The notes below the pieces were generated by a model, which was not told the DNA's origin, made no database searches, and was given only the letters and a program-made list of their open reading frames with translations. Made by a program: the position numbers and the translations under genes. A stretch of DNA of 61,630 nt, the filler included, from Sluysia triapertura (taxonomy: Eukaryota): NCBI GenBank assembly GCA_046118255.1. It is 5 parts of 5 records of this genome, joined end to end, with 100 filler letters (N's around TTAATTAATTAA, not from the genome) between each part and the next. Parts side by side here need not be neighbours in the genome. Positions count along the whole stretch, not along the records: positions 1 to 12,559 come from JBJNIA010098992.1; 4 more parts are not named here. One strand, 5' to 3'. Shown piece after piece: positions 1 through 12,659 of the stretch. Position 1 is the stretch's first letter. Each line of letters starts with the position of its first letter.

Positions 1-192
1 TTCGAACATTCAATTGTGTTTTTGAATCTTTTGTGCTTGAATTACATAATTATATTTGTGTATCTAAATTTAACAAATAACTTCAACATTGTATGTTTTA
101 TCAACTATTTTCAACAATCTTTTTAATCAATATAAATAGTAATATGAGTAAAAATTATATTAATATTTCTATCTAAATTTAGTGTTTATAAT

Positions 193-1129
193 TCACCAGT
201 CAGCCTCTCCGACAGATTTTTGAAACATTGAATCACGTCCGTTAATTTTACAAACACCAGCACAAAGATTCAACTTCCATTTGTTTCTAGTCCGATTGAT
301 TTTGTCGTATTGACACACAATTACATTCGGATAATTCAATTCTGAATTGTTTTCTTCTTCATCTTCTGTCATGTCATCATTGGAATTCAGAGGTTCTCCT
401 TCTTCTTGAGCAGTTGCATTCGTGTCAACGTTGTACGGAGATCGATCATCATCTTCATCTATTCTGTTCAAGTCAGATTCAGGTGTACTACTGGATTTTG
501 CGCATTCAAAATCGCCATCTGCGAAGTCTGAAATTAGTGTAATAAAGTACTTTCTTAATGAATATATATAAAGTACTTGGAGATTTTAAATTTGCTACTG
601 ATGGACTTTTAAAATTTTCTGGTACATCGCAAAAATCGTCTTCGTTATCATTATCATCACCATCTTCTTCTTCCTCATTGTCATTGTCATCACATAGTCC
701 ATCTCGTTGGCTTGGAAAATAATTTTGATTTATGTTGGTATTATTTGCGTTTCTGTTGAAATTCAAGAAAAGATTCGGATCAAATTGATTGGTTACAAGA
801 ATAGGCAATTTAAAAATTTGATTATTCGATGAATTAATGTCAAAAGTTTGTTGTGGAAACATTGGCTGTGGTAATGATGTCGATGCATTTTGCTGAATTT
901 CTTGCTTTTTCATATTTTGTTTCTGTTCTAAACAATGTATCTGTTTTAATTTCGGTGACAATAAATTCTTTGGTTTATCGAAATTTGCAATTTCTAAAAA
1001 CTTATCCATCCAATTATTTTTTAATACATCCAAAACTTCAGCATCAGTTGCTTCATCGTGTATAAACATTTCTTTGCATTCATTGATTACAGTATTGATT
1101 ATTTGCTTGAAAGAATCATTTAAATTCAT
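193..1129 (-). CDS. GTF2A1: Transcription initiation factor IIA large subunit (alpha/beta precursor), 2 exons (1129-577, 527-193), about 295 aa
   Basis: The N-terminus (SFKQIINTVINECKEMFIHD..VLDVLKNNWMDK) and C-terminus (NVIVCQYDKINRTRNKWKLNLCAGVCKINGRDSMFQKSVGEADW*) match TFIIA-L/TOA1. A 49-nt GT..AG intron (576-528) joins the two listed ORFs in frame (KSP-N-FADGDFE). An acidic linker lies between the two conserved regions. Confidence 0.95.
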
Positions 1130-3271
1130 TGTTTAGAAAGAAAATATTAATTTTTAAATCATTTTAACGAATTAAAACAAAGTTGATATTTCAAATATTT
1201 TTGAATTTTTTTCGTTGAAATCGTTTTTATGCATTTGAGTTATTTGTTGATTATTCCTTAATCTGTTTTGAATTCGTAATTGATGAATCTAGTTATATAA
1301 TTTATTGTCATTGCCACGCGCTAATTTTCCTTAAATAATCATATTTATTTACACTGCAACAGTTATTATGTAAAAGTTCCGTATTTTACATTGTCTGTTT
1401 ATTTATATCTTATTTATTTTATACATATTTCAGTTTTTAATAACATTTTCGTAAAAGTACTTTTCACTATACACATACGTACTTTTAAATTATTTACTAA
1501 ATCCTATATAAAATTATTGATTTTATATAATTGTGTGTTTATAATTTGGGTATACGAAGTTGTTCGTAAAATCAAATTTAGAAAATGCGATCGTGTGTGT
1601 TTTTTCGTGCATAATTGAGTTACAGCAAAATTACATAATTCGACAAATAAAAACTGCACATCCTTTAGTAGAAATTTTTGTTGTGCTGTGATTAGGATTT
1701 CATTTGGTATTGATGTGAGTGATTGAGCTGTTCAGGTTAGTTATATTTAGTAATTTTACTAGATTTGAAACAAAGCATGACTACAATGAATATTGTATTA
1801 AATAAAAATGAATCTATGTGCTTCAAGTGTACCCTAATTATCATCAATAGAAGTATAATTCGAAGTCATGATGATTATTTATAAATAAGTTCTGGATACA
1901 ATAAAAATGCGGAAACAAAGATGATATAACTATTTTATAGAAATTACATAGATACTATGATAGGAAATACCAAATAATTGTAAGATTAAGAAATATTTTA
2001 AAAAGATAATGTGTTTTCTGTTTTTAGAATCATTTAATATTAGATTTTAGTGTTACATGAATTAAAATATTGTGAAAAATCTAAAAATGAAATATTTTTT
2101 CTATGTAACTTAATCATTTATTATTGTATTCTAATGATGATTACATTTTGGGAAGTTTCTTGTAAAGTATCGAGATTTTCAAACGTAATTTGGTTGTGTA
2201 TCTTTTGTTTCGTATGTAACCTCAAAAGAAGTAGTACACAAGATTTCGAATCGGGCTTCTAGATACCCGAAATTATCGAAATTATGTTGCAAATTTCTTT
2301 AGTACAAATAGAATTACATTTTGATAATTTGCACTTTTTATTGTAGTCGTTAAAACCACTTATTTCATCTTTAATAGATGAACAAGAATGCTACCAAATC
2401 ACTACATCAAGAAATTAAACCCGTGTGAATCAGGACAAAATATAGCCCTGATTTCCGAGAAATCTGCATAAACAATTTAAAAATTCAAACTGACTATAAA
2501 TAATTGGGTTCTAACTTGAGATAAATATAATTTTATAATTACAATTATAATTTTAATCCTCTAAAATCATTTAAAAATCTTTTAAAACTTTTAAATCACT
2601 TAAATAATATTTATTTTCCCAAAAAGAAATTATTTTTCGAAAAAAGAATAGAATAGAAGCTTCCATCGATTCCTACTGGCTGATGACTAGCATGTAAACT
2701 AGCATCAATTTAATGGTTACATTTGTTAATTACCGTTTTGGATTTAGCAACAATTTACAAATCTTTTTTACTCGTGATAATTGATTTGTTCGGCCATTTT
2801 TAAAATTCAGAGTTTCTAGTCAGTCCAATCGTCTCGTTCCAGTTCTTCCATGCAAGAGTAATGGAATTTTGATTTTAATAATCAGAATTTTAAATTAGAC
2901 GTAAAATGTAAAATCTCATTATTTTATTGTAAGGAAAGCTCCAACTCGAAATTTACAGAGAATTGATTAAAGATCCCACCAAGATTTTAATCATAAATTA
3001 ACAGTTCAATTTTTGTTTTTTAGTTTTGAATAATTTTAATTATCGTATTTAATACACTCATTGTTGTGTCATATTAGATAAAATTACATAAGACTCTTAG
3101 TAGTTACAAAGTTAGAGATGCATTATGCGTGTTGTTTAAGATCATTAACTTTAAGTTACACGAACGCCAACTATATGTTACTGTTACCGGACCTGCTCAA
3201 TTTTTATTTTGCCGTGGGGTTAGATTTAAGAAAACCACATCAATCCTTTTCAATGTACTTCTTTTACTACA

Positions 3272-4303
3272 GGTTGATAGCCATGTACAAGGTGATTTTA
3301 AGAGTGAATAGTAAGTATGTCAATGGAACTGAACAAATAAATACATAAATAAAGAAATACGATTATCGAAGTCATTCTCTAAAAAGAATGTGTGGCATTA
3401 TGTCCAACAAATTGAAATAATTAATACACTTAGATATGAATAAATAAAGTAACAAATTGAGTTATGTTTGGCATTATCTATATCAGACATGCATAAACAT
3501 ATTTATTTTTGGCGCCCCCAACTTAATAAAAAATCAGAAATAAAATAAACTCCTTTTTAATAACAAAATGTATTTTTATGTTTCTTACAAATTAAATATT
3601 ATCAAAACAACAGTTATAATTCTTTAGCAAAAATAAAGAAAAATTAACAAAATTAAATTGTAATTATTTATATCAAAAGTCCAATATTAATATTTTTTCA
3701 ATATGTCGTTGTTATTTAATAGGTGCTATTTTGTTATTGTGATAGCAGTATGTTAACGTTATTTTTAATTAACAGCTAAAAAATAGCAGAATACCAAATA
3801 GCATAATCTATAATAGCACATGTGTAATTGCTTTATGAATTTGTAAGTATATTTACTTTGAAATTTTATTCTTGATGATTGTTCTACATCAAGAACGTAA
3901 ATTACGGAATGAGATGATGGAATTACTTGAATTGGTAAAAAAACAACTTTGTAAAATCCAACAATTTTAAAATTTTTAGAGTTCCACCAGGGTGCTCGCC
4001 CCCTTGTTTGCGTACCTTTGATCTAAATCAGCACAATCAATATTTTAATTTCAGGTTAGATTGGTGATCCCAGATTGGGAGAGCTTGATCCAGTCATTTG
4101 ATAATACTATATCCCATCGTGATCTTTATGATTACTTGCATCCCACTGATCAAGGTTATTCGAAATTAATCGAGCAATTGTTGGAAGAGCTACAATTTAC
4201 GATGCCATCTTCATTTTCACTGAAAGTAACCCCTAGTGGTAATCTAGATCCGACTATATCATCGGATGCAGCTAGTTTGGGTGTCAGTGGCGATTCTAGT
4301 TGA
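3272..4303 (+). pseudogene. PAF-acetylhydrolase IB alpha subunit (PAFAH1B2/3)-like, SGNH fold; last exon open, upstream exons degenerate
   Basis: 4061-4303 encodes DNTISHRDLYDYLHPTDQGYSKL, similar to DGAISCHDMFDFLHLTGGGYAKI, with the catalytic D-x-x-H. Weak upstream pieces follow AG acceptors: VDSHVQGD (about 3272), VLF..CDS (about 3723) and a VPP-G..P..LR-like stretch (about 3981). They do not join in an open frame. Confidence 0.65.
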
Positions 4304-4589
4304 TTTAAGTGAGTTATTTTATAAATAATATTCTGCAATTTTTCTGTCTTTTGTGAAATTGAAAACATTTCTAAAGAAACATGCGTTTTAAACAGAACTC
4401 AATATCAGTTCTCCAGAAACTGATTTTACCTATTAAGTTTACTTTTATTGGGTATTTTTAAAGTTTATAAGCACATAACATTGATTTTAATATTAATTTT
4501 GTATTTTTGAATGGTAATTTAAAAGGTCATTGGAGAAAAAATAACAATGACTTCTTTATTAGGTTTCACATATATTTAGTCAATAAAAT

Positions 4590-5590
4590 AATCATCATCC
4601 ATTTCATTGTTATACAAACATTTGAATTTGGAGTCGAAAAATTTGGCCAATAGCAGTTTTATATCCATTCCTTCAAATTAGTTGCCTTCTAAGAAGTAAC
4701 AGGTGGCAAACTGGCAAATGAAATATCCGAACTACAACTGAGATGTGGCATTATCCTCCCTATTAAATTCTGTCACCGTTTCGAATATTTGAAGCAAAAT
4801 CACATTTAATATTTCAACTTTAATGTTTTCTGAAGTAAGCGATGTAATTTTCATCAAATTCTAAAAATTATTTTCATAGGGTTTATTATACTATGTGGAA
4901 TTGTTCTACATTGAGTTCTTTTGGTTGTTTATGTTCTTAGTGAGTGTCACTAATCATGCACTAATATTAATTCATTTAACTTATTTAAAGGTTTTGCTCA
5001 ATTCAAAATATTTATCTTTGATATCGCGAGTCTTATACTCGCGATGGAAGTGCTTAACAAATGGCTTAAAAAATTTCACTTGGGTTGAATCTTATTCGTC
5101 GGTATTGTATTTTCCTTTTACGAATCGTATCTCTGTATTTGCGTTACTTTATTTTACAATTCTGTATCTCGTTTCGAAAAAACTTCATTTTTGTCCAGGA
5201 ACTTTGTCTTACAAAAGCTTTATTTTATTTCACAACAATCTTATTTTTATTTCGTGATTCTATTTTATATCCTTTACAACTTTATTTCAATCCCTCTAGT
5301 TTGCAAGAAAGTTAAATCAATAATTTATTGTACAACAATTAATCAGGATTAAATTAATTAATTTCAACGTTAGCATAAAATTTCAAATTATTTGAATATT
5401 AGTAAACCAAAATTCACAAAGTTTACCTTGTACAATCGAATAAAAGATTTTATCGAATAATCTTAAGATCCTTGAAATATATCAGCGTCTTGATCCAATT
5501 GATAATACTAATGATTGTAGGTTTCGATTACCAATATTTATATTAATTGAATATAAATTCAATTCAAAATTTACCGTTGAATTAATCATA
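4590..5590 (-). pseudogene. Degenerate coding-like segment, unidentified
   Basis: The minus strand reads as protein-like text (KFFKPFVKHFHREYKTRDIKDKYFELSK) broken by several stops, with apparent splice sites. The plus-strand ORF 4895-5257 is probably its antisense shadow. Confidence 0.3.
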
Positions 5591-6584
5591 TTCAATAAAA
5601 CTAAATACAGAATTTAACATAGATGTACACAATGATGATTATATAACTATTTGATTCAATAGTTGCATATTGTACACAAAAAATTTTAACATACACAAAA
5701 TTTATTAATCTCTTTTACTTTATTAATATTATTAAATTTCAATTTAGATAATTTTTGTTTAGAATATTCTAAATCTTGTTTTTAACATGATATTAATCGA
5801 TTATTATCTTAATAAAATTTAATTTCAAATTGTTTCTAACTAATCTTAATTTAAAATGATTTTATTTATTTAATCAATTGTTTATTAATTTTGAATTCAT
5901 ATTATTTCTACTACCAATTTCTCTTTAAGATGGTTTGTTATTTTATATTATGATTATTATATTATGAATTATGTTATAGAACATTATGTTACATTTAAAA
6001 CAATAATGTATATATCTGAAGAAAGTCAACTCCTATTAACATAAAATAGCCTTTTTATGGCAAATCCAAACACTGCGCTTTAGAATGTTTCCAAGTAGTT
6101 TTAAAACATTTGTATGGCTGTTTCCGAGTATTGCGCGTATCACCCTACTTGAAAGTCTTTAACTGGTGTCCAGAGTACCATTTTCCAGTTGTCAATTTCT
6201 CTACCTAAATTTGCGAAATCACTTCAATTGTTGTAAGGCTTATATTCAGAATACGTTTTGGAATTTTATTAAAACCTTCAAGGGTTTTGCAACCAGCAAG
6301 GGTTATACATGAAGATAATACAATTTCGAATTAAACCTTATCTAAAACATCAAAAATAATAAGTAAAAATAAAATAAATGTACCTTTGAAATTTTAATTT
6401 CCTTTCCAACCTAATAATAAATTGAAGATGTAAATAAACAATGTCCTACAATAATTCTGATTGAGTAACTGTCCAAACGTTCGTACGCAGTCACGATCGG
6501 AGAGCCAGAGTAGAGTATCGCACTGTATGCATTCTTCCAAAACATAAGGGCACGTGTATGCCAATGTATTATTACGATCAAAAT

Positions 6585-6880
6585 TAAAATATTCTATGTT
6601 ATCTTTATTAAAATCAGCTTTAAAATACTTTATATTATCTTTAACAAGTTCAACTCTAAAATGCTCTATGTGATAAGATAAAATATTTTAAAATACTTTA
6701 TATTATCTTTAACAAGTTCAACTTTAAAATGCTCTATGTGATCTTTATCAAAATCAATTTTAAAATATTTTATCTTATCTTTACAGAAATTAAAATACTC
6801 TTTATAAAATTCAAATGTATCTGGGTACAAGTGTACCAATGCATTAATAAAATAAACTTTAAAATATTCTATGTTATCAC
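6585..6880 (-). repeat. Imperfect ~33-bp tandem repeat encoding 11-aa units (KDNIKYFKxxx / KDHIEHFKVEL), frameshifted
   Basis: The units aaaatactttatattatctttaacaagttcaact and aaaatgctctatgtgat recur. Minus-strand translation gives DKDHIEHFKVELVKDNIKYFK. Confidence 0.75.
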
Positions 6881-7424
6881 CATGAGTTTTTTAAGTACTT
6901 TAGCTTCATCGACTGTAAAACCCATATGATAAGTCAAGACATTATTAGTTAATCTACAATCTAACGAATTAGCTCCATCAGTTAAAGTGGGCATTAAATC
7001 ATAATGATTATTAGGTTCCGTTTCTCGAATTTGATAAGGACTTTTTAATTTGTTTTCTGCATAATGTGACATCAACAAAAATTCATCATTATTGTCACTA
7101 AGACATTCTGTTACATCAACTTTTATTTGAGACGAACTATAGATAGCGAAAAATAATTCACTATCTGACTTTTCATTACTATTTTGTTGCGGTATTTCTT
7201 GCGTAGCCAAGTGAATAGATATAGCATTCTCAAAAGAAGTTTTTTACTTCATCTTTCAAATCAGAATCACACTTTCTATCTAATACCTTTTTTCTCTCTA
7301 CATCAGAACATTCGCATTTCAAAATACTATCAGTAATAACAGGTATATTTATTATTCTGAAAATACTATTAAAAAGATTTTCATTTGGTTTCATATTATA
7401 TTGTTTTATATTTTTCTTAAACAA
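6869..7424 (-). pseudogene. Broken ORFs of unknown product continuing downstream of the NAP1 fragment
   Basis: ORFs 7230-7424 and 6869-7210 lie collinearly on the same strand, separated by stops or frameshifts, and have protein-like composition. Confidence 0.4.
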
Positions 7425-7453
7425 AACGTCAGGCTCTTTAACTTCTGTGCTTT

Positions 7454-7726
7454 TTAATTCATCAACTTATTAAATTCTCCACAAATTAATGCAGTTTTGT
7501 TTATTTCATCAGCTAAATCATCCATGTCATCAGCATCATCATAATCGCATTCGTCATCTGTAGGTTCATATGATCCAGTAATAATATCACGACGTATAAA
7601 ATCCTCAGACATTTTATTGTAATTTTTCATAGCGTTTAATTTGGGATTTGCCTGATCTTGCAATGAAGCCAAGGTTTCTGGATTGTTCATAAGTTCTTCT
7701 GTGATTGCATTCGAATTATTGTTCAT
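7454..7726 (-). pseudogene. Nucleosome assembly protein 1 (NAP1)-like N-terminal fragment with internal deletions
   Basis: LMNNPETLASLQDQ..LNAMKN..RRDIITGSYEPTDDECDY matches NAP1 MQNPQILAALQER..VNALKN..RFEIINAIYEPTEEECEW. The intervening helix segments are missing and the frame stops before the GIPxFW motif. Confidence 0.8.
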
Positions 7727-9610
7727 ATTAAAATTTTTTGAAATGTACATTTTGAATATTGCCAACAACCTTTGTTAACTACTTGGTAAAACAAAAAATA
7801 GCTTTGATAAATTAAAACAAAACAATATTTACAGTAATAGTGATAAATTAACAATAATAATAATTATGAAAATAATAATGTTACTGAAATTAGTAAGTAG
7901 CTAATAATTGTAAAATAATGGTGACAAAAATAGTAACAATAATTATTTACAATAATAATTACAATAATTGTTTTTAATTATAAGTCAATTTATTTTCACA
8001 TTGAAATTATATTTCTGATAATATAAAATTATGGAAGTTGGATTTTCAAAAACATTTTTTAAATCAAATAAATAATTTAAAAAGAACATACAGTTTATCA
8101 CTGAATATCGTAATTATCATAACAATGTTATTGGTTGATATTTATAAATTTGTGACGAAAATAATTTATTTATAATGACTAGTTATGATTGAAATATTGA
8201 TAAACTCTGAAATTATGAAAGAGAAAATTATTTTATTTTGTTATGATTTTGTTCAATGACATCAATTTTTCTTCAATGCCTTTTTCCAAATAAAACTGTA
8301 CTTCGTTCATAATATAATTCCAGACCTGTGAATTAGCACACATTTATAGCATTACATTGCAAACAATGTGCATAGCGTGAAATTGAACGAAACCTTGCCA
8401 GGAAAGAATGAGTAAAACAAGAAAAGGCACAATAAACATATAAACAATTATGAAACCAATTTATTAAAGTAATGAAAGATGGTAATAATATTAATATAAA
8501 AAATTATATTTTAAAAGTGAATAACATCTTATGCTTTGGATTTTCAAGGAAAATGCAAAAAGTTATATTATCTAAGTCGGTCACATAAAATTGAAAGATG
8601 GTGTATGAAATTTACTTTTAACAATAATTAGTATTTCCAACGTACAATTATTTTATAATTTATAAAGTTAAGTGTGTTTCTTGCTCAGAAAAGTCTATAA
8701 AAATAATTGATTAATAATTAAATAAGTACACGTTTTTGTGTTACAATAAGTATCTAAATTAATTTTCATATCCGCTTAATTGTTTTGTTCTTCAGTTGAA
8801 GATTTGGAAAATATTTTCTTGAAATGAAGGAAACTAATTCTTGATTTTGTGAAAACAGCAACATATGCTAGGATTTGTCATTGAATACTGGAATAATAAA
8901 CTTCCTTTTCAAACATAACCTGGAATTTCCAAAACGTAAGGCAATATTTATATCTACACTTATTTAGAACTCATCTGCTAGTGTTTAATATACATACACA
9001 CATATATACATATAGGTATTATATTAAAATAAGGTAAATAACAATAATAATAATACTGATACTAATAATAATGATAACAGCAAAAAGAAAGGGTGCGAAA
9101 ATTCATGCACTGATAGTACATTAGGAAAGGTGAACTCAGGAATTGAAAGTAATAAATTATTGTAATTTAAGTATATTATAATCTGTTTAAACTACAGTAT
9201 ATTATATATTATTCAAGTTAAAAATATTATATTTTATTCAAATTATAATATATTGATGTGATTTGTGATAGATGTTTGTGAGTGCCTGTGTTGGAGATGG
9301 GTGAGTGAGTAGGACACTACACTCGCTATATTTATTTTTATTCGTAAGACTGAGTTAATAACAAAAACCGCATAAACCAAATTCATTATCCTCATATGAC
9401 GAAGTTGTCCAAAGTGTAATAAAATATATTGTACAAAATAATTATCAATTCTTTGGCTGTTGCGATAATGATTGGTGATTTAATTGTTGAAAAATAAACG
9501 AATTTGAGTAGTAGATCTTGGTGTGGTTACTGTTGACGATGCTAGTGAACAAAATGGCTTGCAGAATTGGTGCTGGTGTTTTATTTTTTGTAATCTTTAT
9601 CATTAGGAAA

Positions 9611-9835
9611 TCTCTTAAGCATGCTAATCGATTGTTTTCTGGTTGATTGGACCATTCTGACATTCTTGTGGTAGATTGATGGCCAGATTTGATTTAACTC
9701 CAAGGTTTCGGATTATGCAATAGGCCGACAATGTATCTTGACTAGGACTAAGAACACGCTGTGCAAATACTGCTTGCGAGGTGCTACATTGCTTTAATTC
9801 AGCGCTAACTCTCTGGGAAAATTCTTTGAATTAAA
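9611..9835 (-). pseudogene. ONECUT-class homeobox gene CUT domain, disrupted
   Basis: Reads KEFSQRVSAELKQCSTSQAVFAQRVLSPSQDTLS/(frameshift)LLHNPKPWS*IKSGHQSTTRMSEWSNQPENNRLACLR, versus ONECUT KEVAQRITTELKRYSIPQAIFAQRVLCRSQGTLSDLLRNPKPWSKLKSGRETFRRMWKWLQEPEFQRMSALR. There is a 1-nt deletion near 9723 and an in-frame TAA at 9694-9696. Confidence 0.9.
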
Positions 9836-10428
9836 TAATCTAATCGAAAATTTAAACCTTAAAATCTCACTGATACACTTTTCAGAATAGAACGAGTTCG
9901 AATGTATCAGTAAAAACAGTTAAACAGTTTGACATGGCTAGAGATAAATGGAGAGGTTCTTGAAAATTGATAGATATCTTTTTCTTTTGTCAAATTTGTG
10001 GCACAGAAAAAAAGAAGTATGACTGAAAATAGAAAAAGTTGTAAATGTTTCATAGCAATTTCATTTTTTTTAAAACTTTAATTAAAAGATTTGAAGTATA
10101 TATTTTGACAGTATATATTGATTGGTGTTTGGTGTAATCGTGTTTCGGCGTACTGGACGATGAGGTGTTGCCTGAATGATTTGCTTAATGTCAAAAGAAC
10201 TAATTAAAAACGAGATATATAATTAGTAGTATATTTTAGTTATATTTTGTAACTGTTCGACACTAGCTCAGATTTTGTTGTTGCTCATAGGTCGAAGAAC
10301 AATTTTAATTGGCCACTAAAATTTGATTTAATTTATAAGAAAATAAATTTTGGGCAACTAAGTAGAAAAAACACAATTTCAAGTCCGAATATCGAAAACG
10401 TGATGAAAAAATTTTAAATTGTTAAGCA

Positions 10429-10803
10429 ATGGCTATGTCCGTCCCACGTAAAAATCGATCTTCGTTATTTCTTTCGTCCATGAATTTAAATGTAAAACGA
10501 TCTATAACTAAAACAGATTTTCAATTATTTTGTGAGGATAAAGTTAAAGGATCATTTAGAAGTGATGATAAATTAGCGGAAGAACTAGACAGATGGGTAG
10601 TATTATTAGAGCAATTGCCATCAAGTCATAAAATTAATGATCTAATCAAAATGTACGAATTCGACTTACAATATTTCGATTTATTAACGATCCAGATTAT
10701 GGCTATGATTTTTATGATTGAAAAATATAGACATCTATTTAGAGTTGTATTTAGTTATAAAATTATTAATTAAGGGACGATTACAGGACTTTAACTTTGA
10801 ATA
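10429..10803 (+). CDS. Hypothetical protein; possible short intron near 10744-10774
   Basis: A 114-aa ATG ORF with natural composition and a plausible GT..AG mini-intron near its 3' end. No family recognised. Confidence 0.4.
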
Positions 10804-11022
10804 ATATCTTTCATAATTATCATTTAAATTAAAACACAAATGGGTAATTGAAAATTTATTTAATGAACTAACTGAACACATAAATTTTTGTTTCCAGATT
10901 TCTTGAATATACTAAACTTGAATGTATAAATATAAATATCGTAAAATATAAAATTTGTTTTTGATAAAACAAATTTTACTTCGTTAAAATCATTATTGAA
11001 TTGATTACGAAACACAATCTGA

Positions 11023-11733
11023 TCATATGGAGACTGTCAGAATGCGCACTAATTCATTGAAATTGTGAGCGTAAGGACATCGATCTGCGTACTTAGAGTA
11101 TCTAACAGAAGGTGTTATTTGGAATGAACACATTGCACTTTTTATAGGCTTAACTCCTTTACTAATTTGATTGATTCCGAAATTAAATTTTTTATGAATT
11201 GGATATGATAACAATTAATCAATTGTATTACTACTATGTAAATCGTATAACATATTACAATTGTAGTTAATTATATTAATATAATTTTTATAACCATCGA
11301 AATTTTCATTGGTAAGATTAATAAACGATCTAGATGGAATTTGAGGAATTTCGTAATTCTCTGGTTTAATTTTAAAATAAAATTATGAATTCATAATAGG
11401 AATTAAATTCTTATTACTCTGATAACTTAATAAATTAATTAACTTGAATTGATTATAATCAAATGATACATCTTCAGTAGACGAAGGAAAATTCAAAGTC
11501 TGATTGTTTGGTACATTAATATCTTTAGTTGACCTAAAATCATAACTTGTATTAGGAACATATACATTCGTTGTTAAGCATAAGTCGCTTCGTGATTTGT
11601 TTGATAATGTTGGTCGAATCCTTACTACATGTTGTAGACTAAGATCTAAATGTCCTTCAGAAAATTGTAATTCATTAAGATCATTATTTTGTGGAGAATT
11701 ATCGCTTAATCGATGTTTAATTTTAAGAAACAT
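11023..11733 (-). pseudogene. CCCH zinc-finger protein fragment (degenerate)
   Basis: KSAMCSFQITPSVRYSKYADRCPYAHNFNEL resembles the CCCH pattern K..C..C.YG.RC.YAH..EL, with the second Cys lost. The upstream ORF 11383-11733 is on the same strand. Confidence 0.55.
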
Positions 11734-11849
11734 TGTACTAATAAATAACTTAGGGATTATAATATTCTGGTAATAGTTAAATTGATTAACAAAAAATTAT
11801 ACTGACGTTTGCTACAATTATTGAAATTTTTTGAGAAAATAATTATTGA

Positions 11850-12420
11850 AATGCTTTTAATCCATTGGTTTCTTTAACTTTTAATTTTTGTGTCTATTAC
11901 AATTCGACACTCAATAATGATTGGTAAATAATAATTTGAAAATTGTATCCATCAACAACTAATGATTATCATGACAAAACAATCTTTGCGCACAAATGAA
12001 ACACCAGTAGTTAGCCAGTGAGACTCCGACTGAAAATGAATGCTTTTCACCATGCAGCTCTTAAAAGTAATGATTGAGAAATGGTGACAGGTGAAATTGA
12101 TATGTTATGGTAAATGATCTGTCAAATAGAATTATTTTTACATAGATGGTAACTAAAAATAATGATAATGCTAATCATGATTATAATACAAATGAAAATA
12201 ATAATGATAATACTAATTAATAATGGTAAAAGTACAAATAATAAATTTTTAATAATAATAATAATAATCAATAACAAAAATATAAAATAAACAATAATAA
12301 AATACATAAATCTCTTATTAAATATTGTTTTTATTCTTCACTTCTTTAAATAAAAACGTAAAATGACAATAAATAAAAATGCATATGTTTTCTTGTTTCC
12401 TTTTACATTTCTATAAATTC
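11850..12420. repeat. Dispersed repeat, related in opposite orientation to 25600-26150
   Basis: Shared blocks include gtaaaatgacaataa.taaaaatgcata (about 12358 and reverse complement of about 25650), a similar AAT-rich middle, and gactcc..tgaat..atgc similarity. Confidence 0.5.
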
Positions 12421-12484
12421 TTTAAAATCCTTAAAAGAAAATGAAAGCTTATTAGGATATGCTATAAATTATTTGTTGTAGCAA

Positions 12485-12559
12485 TGTTAGACTTCGTAAA
12501 ATGGACTGACCGGGGATCGAACCCGGGACCATCGTCTGCGCAGTCCGACTGCTCTACCA
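12485..12559 (-). mobile_element. tRNA-derived SINE / tRNA-like element, copy 1 (5' end lost in gap)
   Basis: Reverse complement is TGGTAGAGCAGTCGGACTGCGCAGACGATGGTCCCGGGTTCGATCCCCGGTCAGTCCA followed by ttttacgaagtctaaca. It has an A box, a perfect B box (GGTTCGATCCC) and a T stem, and shares its 3' tail with the 26882 copy. Confidence 0.8.
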
Positions 12560-12659
12560 NNNNNNNNNNNNNNNNNNNNNNNNNNNNNNNNNNNNNNNNN
12601 NNNTTAATTAATTAANNNNNNNNNNNNNNNNNNNNNNNNNNNNNNNNNNNNNNNNNNNN
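12560..12659. other. Assembly gap with artificial six-frame stop linker
   Basis: N-run, TTAATTAATTAA, N-run; 100 nt in total. Confidence 0.98.

Noticed and set aside
853-1065. Plus-strand ORFs overlapping real or relic genes (853-1065, 4895-5257, 46662-46925, 53779-54003, 58545-58892) and minus-strand 4156-4368 and 37470-37676
   Set aside because: These are antisense shadows of coding sequence on the other strand, with F/I/L/Y-rich composition typical of AT-rich noise.
12560-12659. Palindromic TTAATTAATTAA flanked by Ns, occurring four times, as a biological motif
   Set aside because: It is an identical 100-nt construct at each gap: an artificial contig linker with stops in all six frames.
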